IMG/VR virus record: IMGVR_UViG_3300032327_000953
Span: 64,001-128,000 of that record
Reading direction: 5' to 3' (one strand)
Source: a virus
Lineage: Duplodnaviria; Caudoviricetes
Length of the DNA: 64,000 nucleotides
The position numbers and the translations under genes are program-made. Shown here one piece after another: positions 40,969 to 50,143 of this stretch (positions are counted from its first letter, which is position 1; the number at the start of each line of letters is the position of its first letter). Below the pieces are notes generated by a model. The model ran no database searches, was not told where the DNA came from, and saw only the letters and a program-made list of their open reading frames with translations.

Positions 40969-41524
40969 GATATGCTCCTTCTGTTTTTTTCACAACCCAA
41001 CAATCACCATGCATTGTGTTAATATTGGAAAATTTTTCATTTACTGCTTGCTTAACACCAGGATGATAGTGCGAATAATCATGACCAGCTATATATCCAT
41101 TAAATTTAACTTTAGGATACCACGCTTCAATATCTTCTTTAACACATTCATACATATGACACATATCAATAAATACTACATCTAAAGATTTGTCTTCAAA
41201 GTTTTTTGAAGCTTCTAATGAATTTGATTTGATAGTAGTAAATTTTCTATTTCCCATATTATTTAAAAATAGTTGGTATATATCATGTGTTTTAGCTAAA
41301 CTATGAGTATCATCAATTTCTTCAATAGATCCTTTCCAATTATCAACAATAAATACATTAATATTTTTAGATAGTGACTGAATTTTATCACATAAGTAAG
41401 CTGAGCTTTTACCTAGCCAAGCTCCTCCTTCCACAAAGGTACCATTTTCTGGTATGCTATCTATAAGAAAATCAAAAGTTTCTTCGTAATTAAACCATCC
41501 GTCTATTTGATCTGAATTTTTCAA
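40961..41524 (-). CDS. SAM-dependent methyltransferase (Methyltransf_24-like)
   Basis: VEGGAWLGKS, DVVFIDMCH and GYIAGHDY motifs. Confidence 0.8.
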   Translation of the reverse strand: MKNSDQIDGWFNYEETFDFLIDSIPENGTFVEGGAWLGKSSAYLCDKIQSLSKNINVFIVDNWKGSIEEIDDTHSLAKTHDIYQLFLNNMGNRKFTTIKSNSLEASKNFEDKSLDVVFIDMCHMYECVKEDIEAWYPKVKFNGYIAGHDYSHYHPGVKQAVNEKFSNINTMHGDCWVVKKTEGAYRG

Positions 41525-41528
41525 GATA

Positions 41529-42335
41529 TTATTCCTTTACTGTGTCTGGTGTTAAAAAGGGACGATCTATTACTCCGTCTTGATAAGTATGTAGTTCAGA
41601 CATTTTTTTCAAGTTGTTTTGCGCTGCCATACTTAGTATAGCTATTTCCTTACCTTCTTTTTCTCTCAACTCTTCATCTTCCAACATTCGGATTAATCCT
41701 GTCCAACTACTTTTTCCATCTTCTATTCTTTTTATTCTTTGTTCTCGTGTAGCTTTAAGATCTTTACTAATTTTTTGCTGTTCATTAAGAAGCTTGGTAT
41801 ACTCATTAGTGTAATTAGCGATACTGTTGCGGGCAAACGAAAGTTGAGTTTCAAGATTAGCCAGTTTAGGAATATCTCGTTGATCTTCAGGTTTTTCATA
41901 TTCTTTATCAACCTGTCTTTGGAGTTTTTCGGTTTCTGCTATATGACGCTTTCTTTCTTTCATGCTTCTATTAATAAGAATATCAATTGTGATAAATTGT
42001 TTGATCTGTAATTCTTCTGCTGGTAAAACGTCTTCTCTAAATTGTTTTATTAAACCAACCCATGTATCTTCAAAATACTGAAGTTCGCCCGTATCTTCAT
42101 CAAACTGACGTTTAATTTCATTCCAGAATGTTTTGCTATGTAATTTATACTTCAAATAATCATTATTATTTTTTTCAGTATCTGGAATCATTAGAGCCTG
42201 CTCATCAATATATCTTTTAATTGGAGCGGAGCTTCGATTTAGTTGTTCTGCTATTTGATCTATAGTGAGAGATTCAACATTATCTCTAATGAATTTCTCT
42301 TCATCTAGTCCTAGCTGTCCTCGCTTTTTTGGCAT
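41529..42335 (-). CDS. HTH plus coiled-coil protein, possibly terminase small subunit
   Basis: N-terminal LTIDQIAEQLNRS HTH-like segment; lies upstream of terL. Confidence 0.4.
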   Translation of the reverse strand: MPKKRGQLGLDEEKFIRDNVESLTIDQIAEQLNRSSAPIKRYIDEQALMIPDTEKNNNDYLKYKLHSKTFWNEIKRQFDEDTGELQYFEDTWVGLIKQFREDVLPAEELQIKQFITIDILINRSMKERKRHIAETEKLQRQVDKEYEKPEDQRDIPKLANLETQLSFARNSIANYTNEYTKLLNEQQKISKDLKATREQRIKRIEDGKSSWTGLIRMLEDEELREKEGKEIAILSMAAQNNLKKMSELHTYQDGVIDRPFLTPDTVKE

Positions 42336-43006
42336 ACTTTTATCTTATCTATTAGGGTTTTAATATATTGTTGTAGCTTAAGTAATTGTTGTTTAGGAAC
42401 CTTTAATCCATGTTTCAACTTTAAATAGTTCTCTCTATATTCTTGCTCAATATTTTTATCTAAGTAATCTAATAGTTCTTTATTCTCAATTTTATCGACT
42501 AAATTATTGCTAGAAAATACCGAAGCTTCAGGATCCTTCTCAATGTATGTTGGCTGCATAATATTCTTTTTGGTTTCATTTCTGTGAGACCAACTAGCAT
42601 ATAGTTCACAGTCTTGCTTGCTGCTGTATTTTGAACACTGATTCTTAGAACAGGCATACGTCTTATCGAAAAAAGGACAGCCAAAACAAGGCTTGTCAGG
42701 ACGCTGATAGTTATTTCTTTTATAGTTGAAAAGTCGATTGCGTATGTGGGTCCATAGGAAATTTTCCAAGGGACGTTTATTATCGTACTTTTGAACACCC
42801 TCTAAAGCAAAAATATATGCCTGTTGCTTCATGTCATCAAAATCATGATAACCAAATTTGAATTTATATCCTAACCTTTTGCTAATATTTTCAACTACTC
42901 TGATAAATTCTTTTTCATCAATATCATGAGGTAATGAGGACGTTTCTATAACTGGTTTATTCTTGGTGGTTTTCTTGACTATTTTTTTCTTGTTCTTTTT
43001 CTTCAT
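42311..43006 (-). CDS. Phage sigma-70-family factor (region 2-like) with a Cys-rich insert
   Basis: DFDDMKQQAYIFALEGVQKYD...NFLWTHIRNRLFNYKR. Confidence 0.7.
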   Translation of the reverse strand: MKKKNKKKIVKKTTKNKPVIETSSLPHDIDEKEFIRVVENISKRLGYKFKFGYHDFDDMKQQAYIFALEGVQKYDNKRPLENFLWTHIRNRLFNYKRNNYQRPDKPCFGCPFFDKTYACSKNQCSKYSSKQDCELYASWSHRNETKKNIMQPTYIEKDPEASVFSSNNLVDKIENKELLDYLDKNIEQEYRENYLKLKHGLKVPKQQLLKLQQYIKTLIDKIKVCQKSEDS

Positions 43007-43145
43007 ATAATAATTGTGCTATGCTCTTTCCTTCTGGTAAATTAAGTTCCTCAGCACTAACGTCACAATTGGCCGATATTTTAACATCCAGCGTACTGGA
43101 AACAAATTGAGGTAATATTGGATCGATCATTTTTTCTCCTTGCAC
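42957..43145 (-). CDS. Small hypothetical protein
   Basis: 62-aa ORF heading the minus-strand operon; GGAG RBS favours a start near 43130. Confidence 0.5.
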   Translation of the reverse strand: MQGEKMIDPILPQFVSSTLDVKISANCDVSAEELNLPEGKSIAQLLYEEKEQEKNSQENHQE

Positions 43146-43220
43146 GAAATAACCAACTTGATACTATTATATGGTTAGTATACACTTTAGTCAACAATAA
43201 AAACGAAAGGACATATTGTT

Positions 43221-43454
43221 ATGGCAACATACAAGAAATGGGCCGAATCAGAACTTGAGTTTATCAGAAATAATCAAAAGCTACTAAGTGATGATGAATT
43301 GGCCGCAAAACTAGGACAAATGACTGGTAATGGGGTAACAACAGCTATGGTTAGACGACAAAGACGAAAGCTTGGCATTCAAAAGCCCAAGGGAAGAAGG
43401 CCCAAGAACAGAGTTGTAGAATCTCCAATTAATCAAGAAGTTAGTAATACTTGA
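43221..43454 (+). CDS. Myb/GcrA-like HTH DNA-binding protein
   Basis: KWAESELEFIR...SDDELAAKLG...MVRRQRRKLG. Confidence 0.65.
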   Translation: MATYKKWAESELEFIRNNQKLLSDDELAAKLGQMTGNGVTTAMVRRQRRKLGIQKPKGRRPKNRVVESPINQEVSNT

Positions 43455-43501
43455 TATTATTAGTAGTAAATTAAAATAGTTATTAAATTATTTTGTAAAT
43501 T

Positions 43502-43529
43502 GGGCGGGTCTAGTACCTGCCCTTTTTAT
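43502..43529 (+). terminator. Intrinsic terminator
   Basis: GGGCGGGT-CTAGT-ACCTGCCC followed by TTTTT. Confidence 0.75.
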
Positions 43530-43547
43530 TTGTATAAGGGATAATTT

Positions 43548-44786
43548 ATGGATATATTAAAATACGAAGAAGAAGTAAAGATTTTTTTAAAGTCAAAATC
43601 TAAAGGAGAGAAACTTATTGAAGAGTATGTTTCTTTTTGTAATTATTTACTTTATATGGATTCTGATATTGTGTTAGAAGTAACTGATAAATTAAAGAAT
43701 AATATAATAGAATATGCTACTAATAATAGTTTAGTTTATAAGGACTTTAATCCAGAAAAGATTTATTCTAGAAAAGATCTGAATAATAATGAATGTTGGT
43801 TTGTTAAAGATTTGAAAGAAGAAAATCAGATATTTAATACTAGTGGTAGTAGTAGCGGAGAACCTTTTAGTTATGGTGTGTGGAACAAATATATTAGATT
43901 CTTAGAAGACGAAAGTCATTATGGAATGATTTTGGATGAATTTCATATTAATAAAAAGAATCCTAAAATATTAATGCTTAAAAAATTAGCATATAATCCA
44001 AGTCATAAAGAATTTTTACATAAGCAAGAAGGAGATTCTCCATATACTCTTCATACTCATAAGAGCATTGATAGCATAAGGTATTTTGTTAATTTTGAGA
44101 ATTACATGAATAATAATGATAGTTGGTTTGAAGAATTGTTGCAGAAAATAAGGCCTATTGTGCCATTTGACATTATTATGATTACTGGGCCAATAATGAA
44201 TTCTTTGGTAAATTATTTGACTAAAAATAATATTGATATAAAGTTGGGGAATTTGATGAGTCAGACCGGGGAGTTTATGAGATTGGTTGATAAGGAAACG
44301 ATTATATTAAAAAAATATGCTAATAATGTTTGTGATCATATGAGATGTTGGGATGGTGGAGCAACTTTTTTTACATGTCGATATGATACGTATCATTTGT
44401 TAGATAATTTGAGTTGGGTAACTCAAGGAGCGGACAATAAGATGATTAGTACTGATTATTTTAATTTATCCTCTCCTTTTGTTAATTATTACAATGGAGA
44501 TCTTTGTGAGATTAAAAATGATTATTCCAGATGTGAGTGTGGAAGATTATATAGACCTTTTAGAATGATAGAGAATCGTCCTTTCGCTTTAAAGGGACCT
44601 GGAAGATTGACCGATATAAAACAACAAATATCTCAATTATCTTTTAGGAATGATTTAAATCAAATTCAATTTGAGAATCTTAGTGTCAGGGTGGTATCAA
44701 ATAGGATTTTGGATCAATCGGAAAAAGAAAAGCTAAAGAGTGTATTAACTGGATATGAGATTATATATCAGGAAAATAACACATGA
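43548..44786 (+). CDS. Adenylate-forming (ANL) enzyme, PaaK/CapK/F390-synthetase-like
   Basis: TSGSSSGEP P-loop-like motif, YYNGDL (YxxGD) and CECGR. Confidence 0.7.
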   Translation: MDILKYEEEVKIFLKSKSKGEKLIEEYVSFCNYLLYMDSDIVLEVTDKLKNNIIEYATNNSLVYKDFNPEKIYSRKDLNNNECWFVKDLKEENQIFNTSGSSSGEPFSYGVWNKYIRFLEDESHYGMILDEFHINKKNPKILMLKKLAYNPSHKEFLHKQEGDSPYTLHTHKSIDSIRYFVNFENYMNNNDSWFEELLQKIRPIVPFDIIMITGPIMNSLVNYLTKNNIDIKLGNLMSQTGEFMRLVDKETIILKKYANNVCDHMRCWDGGATFFTCRYDTYHLLDNLSWVTQGADNKMISTDYFNLSSPFVNYYNGDLCEIKNDYSRCECGRLYRPFRMIENRPFALKGPGRLTDIKQQISQLSFRNDLNQIQFENLSVRVVSNRILDQSEKEKLKSVLTGYEIIYQENNT

Positions 44787-45838
44787 GCTATGATAATAAT
44801 GGGCCGATTTATAGTGTTCTAAATGGCAAATCTCCTTGCGGAGCTTATGATGGTGTGGAATTGGATGGCTCCACAGTTAATGGAGTAGTATTAAATGGAT
44901 CAAATTGTACTGAAGGAAAATTAGGTCCGTATTGCCGAGGAGGAATCGTTTCTGGGTGGTGTTGTTTTGGTCCTTGTTCTAGTAATTCAGACTGCTTGAA
45001 TTCTAATCCTTGTACTAATGGATCTTGTTGTGGTGTTGTTCCTTGTTCTGTTACTCCTAATGATTGTACCACAAGGTTAGTATTTCGTCCTTATTTTGAT
45101 GATTCATATTCAGGCGCTGGTATTACTGGTGATACTGGAGCATGGCCCAAATCTATAAGAGTTATTATCGCTGGAAATGTTAATTCAAATTTGAATATGA
45201 CTGTGGATCTTAATGGTTCAAACTATAGTAATTCTTATGGAGGAGGAAACTGGAACAAAACCCTGTCTCCTACTATGAGCATTAGCGTATCAAGAGATAT
45301 GGGTAATGGATATTCTAGTCCTTTTTACTCAAGAAGTAATCCTTATTATGGTCCAAGTTCTGGGGGAGTTGGTGCTTGGAATGTATCAATTAATGAAATA
45401 GATCCTAACGGAGATCCAGAATGGGGCCCTACTACCATATCAAGTTTTAACGGAACTATTCCAGTACTAGTTCACAGAGTAGTATCTCCATCAGTAACAA
45501 TCGAAGGAGTAGGTAGTTATAATTTGGAATTAAGTCCAATACAAGAACAAAAGACTTTTTTTACTTGTGCTTATTGTTTTGCTACTCTTTACGGAGATGT
45601 TGAGACTAATTATCCTCAGGGAGATAGTCCTAACTATGGATACGGAAGAACTTTTTGGTATAATATGAGTGAGTATACAACAACAAGAGAATATTTTGAT
45701 CAAGGTATAATATCGGGAGGTAAATGTGTTTCGGTTATTACTGGACAAAGAAATGGATATCAATATAGTCCAGCAATAGAGAATCTATCTGATATTACGG
45801 ATGGTCAACGATCAATTAAAATACAATCTATGGGATAA
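44783..45838 (+). CDS. Cys-rich protein 1 with shared N-terminal leader (351 aa)
   Basis: MSYDNNGPIYSVLNGK; 12 Cys in the first ~95 aa. Confidence 0.75.
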   Translation: MSYDNNGPIYSVLNGKSPCGAYDGVELDGSTVNGVVLNGSNCTEGKLGPYCRGGIVSGWCCFGPCSSNSDCLNSNPCTNGSCCGVVPCSVTPNDCTTRLVFRPYFDDSYSGAGITGDTGAWPKSIRVIIAGNVNSNLNMTVDLNGSNYSNSYGGGNWNKTLSPTMSISVSRDMGNGYSSPFYSRSNPYYGPSSGGVGAWNVSINEIDPNGDPEWGPTTISSFNGTIPVLVHRVVSPSVTIEGVGSYNLELSPIQEQKTFFTCAYCFATLYGDVETNYPQGDSPNYGYGRTFWYNMSEYTTTREYFDQGIISGGKCVSVITGQRNGYQYSPAIENLSDITDGQRSIKIQSMG

Positions 45839-45841
45839 TTT

Positions 45842-46204
45842 ATGATGTATAATAATACTGGTCCTATTTATAGTGTTTTAACAGGTAAGGGTGATGGATA
45901 TTTGTGTCAAGGAGGTTTGGGGTGTGCTCCTTGCTATAGTTGTTTAGGAGGTCCTAATACTTATGCTGATTTAAATACCTGTCAACAAAATTGTATAATA
46001 AGAAATCCTTTAACTGGATGTGGGCCATCTGCTAATTGTCCAGAAGGTTATTGTAGGTATAGTACTTGCGTGAGCGAGCAAGATCCTTCCTATAACCCAA
46101 CCATGATGAGCTGCGGATATCCTACACAAATTAATTGTTATACTTATGTAGTATCAGATTCGGAAAGTTCTTTGAATTGTATTTCATATTGTGATAATGT
46201 TTAG
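45842..46204 (+). CDS. Cys-rich protein 2 with shared leader (120 aa)
   Basis: MMYNNTGPIYSVLTGK; 14 Cys. Confidence 0.75.
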   Translation: MMYNNTGPIYSVLTGKGDGYLCQGGLGCAPCYSCLGGPNTYADLNTCQQNCIIRNPLTGCGPSANCPEGYCRYSTCVSEQDPSYNPTMMSCGYPTQINCYTYVVSDSESSLNCISYCDNV

Positions 46205-46273
46205 AAAGAAATTTTAGGTTATCTTGTCAATCTCCAGTCTCTTTCTATAATAAAGAAACCAAGGAGACTTAAT

Positions 46274-46678
46274 ATGATTAATACTAATAATGTGACCGAT
46301 GTTCTGCCAATGTTGATTAAAGATGATGAAACTTTCTCAAAACTAAAGAATGCCTTTCCTTCCATATTAGCGGATCTTGTTACTTTTAAAGATAATCCTA
46401 ATTGTACCTGTCGAGGAAAAGTCTTTAAGTTTTTTACTGAACAGCTAGAAAAGAATAGTTCAGTATTAGATACTTATGTTAAGGACGCTTCAGAAATAAC
46501 TCTTAAGCTACAATCTTTAAATGAAGAAAGAGCTAATAATAATTATGCAGGAAAAGTTTTTGTGATTGATAAGGGTGACGAAGCTTGGAAGAATTTCGCG
46601 GCCAATCTGCCTGGCAAAATGTTTAGGATGTTTAGTGTGGCCGAAAGAGATAATAAAGTTGCAGTTTATTTCTTATGA
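46274..46678 (+). CDS. Hypothetical protein with a CxC motif
   Basis: DNPNCTCRGK; AAGGAG RBS; possible TTGTCA-N16-TATAAT promoter at 46224-46251. Confidence 0.65.
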   Translation: MINTNNVTDVLPMLIKDDETFSKLKNAFPSILADLVTFKDNPNCTCRGKVFKFFTEQLEKNSSVLDTYVKDASEITLKLQSLNEERANNNYAGKVFVIDKGDEAWKNFAANLPGKMFRMFSVAERDNKVAVYFL

Positions 46679-46965
46679 CACTTTTTATAATTTATCTATT
46701 CACTTCATTAGCTCTAAGTTATGCTTGGAGCGATACTGAAATTAGTGTACCATTAAGAAATTTGGTTGCGCGAGTTCCGTACATTAGTAAGCCTTTGCTT
46801 TGTCATGAGTGCGTTAGCTTTTGGATTAGTTTAACTCTTTCGTATTTTTTTAATCCTTTGGAAGATCTGACTCAGCCAATAGTGAGCAACTTATTGAGTG
46901 CTTTCTGTGGATTCTTCATTAATATGATCTTTGTGCGAAAGCATCTGATTCCTTATAAGGACTAA
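46675..46965 (+). CDS. Small membrane protein with CxxC (DUF1360-like)
   Basis: Three hydrophobic segments; KPLLCHECVSFW. Confidence 0.6.
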   Translation: MTLFIIYLFTSLALSYAWSDTEISVPLRNLVARVPYISKPLLCHECVSFWISLTLSYFFNPLEDLTQPIVSNLLSAFCGFFINMIFVRKHLIPYKD

Positions 46966-47010
46966 GGGTGTATATATTATCTCAGTAGTCATCCTCTATA
47001 AGGCGTTTAA

Positions 47011-47427
47011 ATGATATATGATAATAATGGACCAATATATAGCATCCTAGATGGGAAAAATCCAGTACCTCCGTGTTTATATTATTATACAGGGAGGATT
47101 GGTATGGGTGGTCGAAATGAATGGAGATTAATTGGTGGCGGCAATGGAGGTTGTGCTCAGACTAATAGCAATTGTTTTAATTTGACTTTTAATCCATGCT
47201 TACCAGAACAGCCAGGATGTGATCAAAAGTACGGAGAGACTACAACGATTTGTGTTGCTGGAAATGATGGATCAATATCTTCTACTACTAGAACAGTGCT
47301 TTATTACTGTTATAATGATAATGGGGATATTGGTTGTTGGGAGTGTGATACATACGCTGACTATCTCTCATTTTGTCCAGAACGTGTAACGACATATACT
47401 AGTAATAATTGTGATGGTAATTGTTAA
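47011..47427 (+). CDS. Cys-rich protein 3 with shared leader (138 aa)
   Basis: MIYDNNGPIYSILDGK; 12 Cys. Confidence 0.75.
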   Translation: MIYDNNGPIYSILDGKNPVPPCLYYYTGRIGMGGRNEWRLIGGGNGGCAQTNSNCFNLTFNPCLPEQPGCDQKYGETTTICVAGNDGSISSTTRTVLYYCYNDNGDIGCWECDTYADYLSFCPERVTTYTSNNCDGNC

Positions 47428-47451
47428 TTCTTAAAATAAAAAGGAAAATAT

Positions 47452-48054
47452 ATGAAACTAAATAATACTATATCAATAACTCCTCCTCCTTTTACTAATA
47501 ATCTTGGAAAAGTAGTTTATCCAGATACATTGGTATTAGATAATTTAGATTTAGTATTTACTGATAATCCAATAAATAAAACAGTAAGTGTTAATCTTCT
47601 TGGAATACAAACTCCAATTAATCTTTGGTCTGGATCAGAATATGATCTTGTGGGGGACTGGACTCAAGCTCAAGCTGAAGATAAATTAACTGAAATATTA
47701 GGAGATGATCCAGCAGCATTTTTACGATCATTATTTCCAAAAACTTTGGAGGAATATCCAAATAATCCAGGAACAGTTCTGGTTAAAGTTCTAAAAAATC
47801 AAGGAGTTGTAATATCAGATAATTGTTCTTGTACAAAATATATCTTAGAAATGAACGAGAATGGTAATGATTGGTGTGTTGAAAATATAGAAAAAATAGT
47901 AGCTTGGCTCAAAGTAGAAGCAAATAATCTTAAAATTATATTCATAGATAGTGTTGCAAAACTATTAATTATGCGAGCAATTAAAAAATCTCGTAGACTA
48001 TTAAATAATCAGCCGGTTCCAACTAATGACTCAGATCTGGATATTATGGAATAA
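47452..48054 (+). CDS. Hypothetical protein with a CxC...WC domain
   Basis: NPGTVLVKVL...NCSCTKYILEMNENGNDWC. Confidence 0.65.
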   Translation: MKLNNTISITPPPFTNNLGKVVYPDTLVLDNLDLVFTDNPINKTVSVNLLGIQTPINLWSGSEYDLVGDWTQAQAEDKLTEILGDDPAAFLRSLFPKTLEEYPNNPGTVLVKVLKNQGVVISDNCSCTKYILEMNENGNDWCVENIEKIVAWLKVEANNLKIIFIDSVAKLLIMRAIKKSRRLLNNQPVPTNDSDLDIME

Positions 48055-48056
48055 AA

Positions 48057-48260
48057 ATGGTATATAATAATGAAGGTCCAATATATAGTATTTTGAGTGG
48101 CAAACCATGTTCTGGTAATTGTAAGGTACAATGGTATCAGGATGGAGGAGGAGGATGGGATGCTTTTGAAAATAATTGTCCAGCAGGATGTGATTGTGTA
48201 ATTCCTGGGGACTCTGGATATAATGATGAGATACGAACTGTTAACTGTGCAACAGTTTAA
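48057..48260 (+). CDS. Cys-rich protein 4 with shared leader (67 aa)
   Basis: MVYNNEGPIYSILSGK; 6 Cys. Confidence 0.75.
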   Translation: MVYNNEGPIYSILSGKPCSGNCKVQWYQDGGGGWDAFENNCPAGCDCVIPGDSGYNDEIRTVNCATV

Positions 48261-48335
48261 AGTTTGCTGACGGCTTCTGTCGATAAAGTATGTGTGGAAA
48301 CTGGCCAATTGTTTTTTAACCCCTAGGAAAATTTT

Positions 48336-48632
48336 ATGAAAAAGATATTAGCTGGAATATTATTGTTTGTTGCAGGAAATGTTGCTCTTGGTGATGAGGG
48401 TTGGGTTCCTTATGTTTATCATCCTCCGGTTGTGGTTCAACAAGTTCCAGCGGCAGTTGCTGCTCCATACTATTATTATGTTCCAGTGGTAACTATGGTG
48501 CCTGTGGTTCCTCAGTACGTTCCTGTGACAAGTTATCAAAATGTTCTGGTGGAGCGTCGATACCACTGTTTTTTTAAAAGATATGAGGTACTAAGTGTGC
48601 CTCAGACTGTTTATGTTCCAAATCGGTACTAA
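48336..48632 (+). CDS. Putative secreted Val/Pro/Tyr-rich protein
   Basis: Signal-peptide-like MKKILAGILLFVAGNVALG. Confidence 0.6.
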   Translation: MKKILAGILLFVAGNVALGDEGWVPYVYHPPVVVQQVPAAVAAPYYYYVPVVTMVPVVPQYVPVTSYQNVLVERRYHCFFKRYEVLSVPQTVYVPNRY

Positions 48633-48965
48633 TAACTGGCTAATAAACTGGCCAATTTATATATGGTGGTCCCTATTGTGTTTGCACCACCGCGACTTGT
48701 AGTGAAAAATCCGTACCAACCTTCTAAAAACGAAAAAACCCCCTAAGTATATGGTAGGTAAGGACTTATGTCTTGTTGGACGGGCCGGGCTTGACGTAAG
48801 TTGTTTGGTACCAACGACTTATGTCGAGTCAGCGTAAAGTCAGCCGATTCGGCACGATATTTGCACTACAAACCTTACGAAAATGCAAGGAAACTTTTCA
48901 CTTGCAAATAAAGTTTGGGATGGTATAATGTCGATATAAGAATAAGAGAAAGAAAAGAGGAAAAA

Positions 48966-49187
48966 ATGGAAAATCTGAATTATGATCTGGTTTCTGACTG
49001 CTGCGGTGCTGGTTGCTCTTTTGAGACCGGCGAGGGTAAGGATAGAATCGGGATTTGTATGGATTGCAAGGAATGGTGTGGTGTGGTTGAGGATATTCCG
49101 GAAGATGAGGCCGACTATATTCCGGGCCTTGACGATGGCGAATGGGAATCCGATGAGGATTGCTGTGGTGAAGAGGATTTTGCCTAA
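48966..49187 (+). CDS. Small acidic Zn-ribbon-like protein
   Basis: SDCCGA...CMDCKEWC; C-terminal DEADYIPGLDDGE shared with 50144..50392. Confidence 0.6.
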   Translation: MENLNYDLVSDCCGAGCSFETGEGKDRIGICMDCKEWCGVVEDIPEDEADYIPGLDDGEWESDEDCCGEEDFA

Positions 49188-49245
49188 GCCCTTGACAAAC
49201 TAATAGCCGATACTGTATAATAGCAACAACACAAAGGAAAAGAAA

Positions 49246-49467
49246 ATGAAAACTGCAACCGTGCGATCTGTTGGTAGGGTGTATCTGTTGAGCGACATTG
49301 TAAAGGCTATGATGGATCGATCCTATATTGGTCTGGTCGATCCTGCTGGGAAGTGCCATGTCGGTACGGTGAATGGTCTACAGATTGAAGATGGTAGTGG
49401 AAAGAATTATATCGTGACGATATACGCTAATGGTAAATCATCTAAGGTTTTTATCAAGGCTTCTTGA
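49246..49467 (+). CDS. Hypothetical protein
   Basis: 73 aa; own promoter and AAGGA RBS. Confidence 0.6.
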   Translation: MKTATVRSVGRVYLLSDIVKAMMDRSYIGLVDPAGKCHVGTVNGLQIEDGSGKNYIVTIYANGKSSKVFIKAS

Positions 49468-49607
49468 AAGGATATAGTATGTCGATTATTGATTATGTTA
49501 TATTGTTTTCTCTAATTGGTTTCTGTGCATTTATCACCTATACTGTGCATGAGGTGGGTAACGCTATCCATTCCATGCTGAATGACTAACACACTAAGGA
49601 ATATAGA

Positions 49608-49925
49608 ATGACACACGATGAAGCTACTAAGATGGTACATGGTAAGACTAAGCGGAAATCTCGTAAGGTAGGTAACAATACATACGCTGAGATATTGCCT
49701 GATAGTAGCGTAGGTATTATGCTACATGGTACGTATGTGGTAAAGATTCATTCTGACAATAGTGCTACCCTTAACACTGGGGGATGGTATACTAGTACCA
49801 CTAAGGATAGAATCAATCAGTATTCACCTGTACGTGTGTATCAACGTAAGGGAGAATGGTATTTAGAGAATGGTGATGAGTATACTGATGGTGTCGTAGT
49901 AGCTGATAATAATCTGGTATACTAG
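49608..49925 (+). CDS. Hypothetical phage protein
   Basis: 105 aa; LHGTYVVK and TSTTKDRIN pattern; AAGGA RBS. Confidence 0.65.
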   Translation: MTHDEATKMVHGKTKRKSRKVGNNTYAEILPDSSVGIMLHGTYVVKIHSDNSATLNTGGWYTSTTKDRINQYSPVRVYQRKGEWYLENGDEYTDGVVVADNNLVY

Positions 49926-50143
49926 ACGTAAGTCCTTGTCCCTAAACGACTTAGGGCGAGGCCGGCGGGCCCACGTTGACGTAACTCCTTATGTGCCAAC
50001 ATGTTACAGCTAATGCAAACGGCTAGCAAACGGTGTGCCACAACACGCCACGAACCTTACGGTATTGTAAGGAAAGATTTTGCTTGCAAGCTCAAGAATA
50101 CTTTGGTATAATGTCGATATAAGAAAGAATAGGAGAAAGAAAA

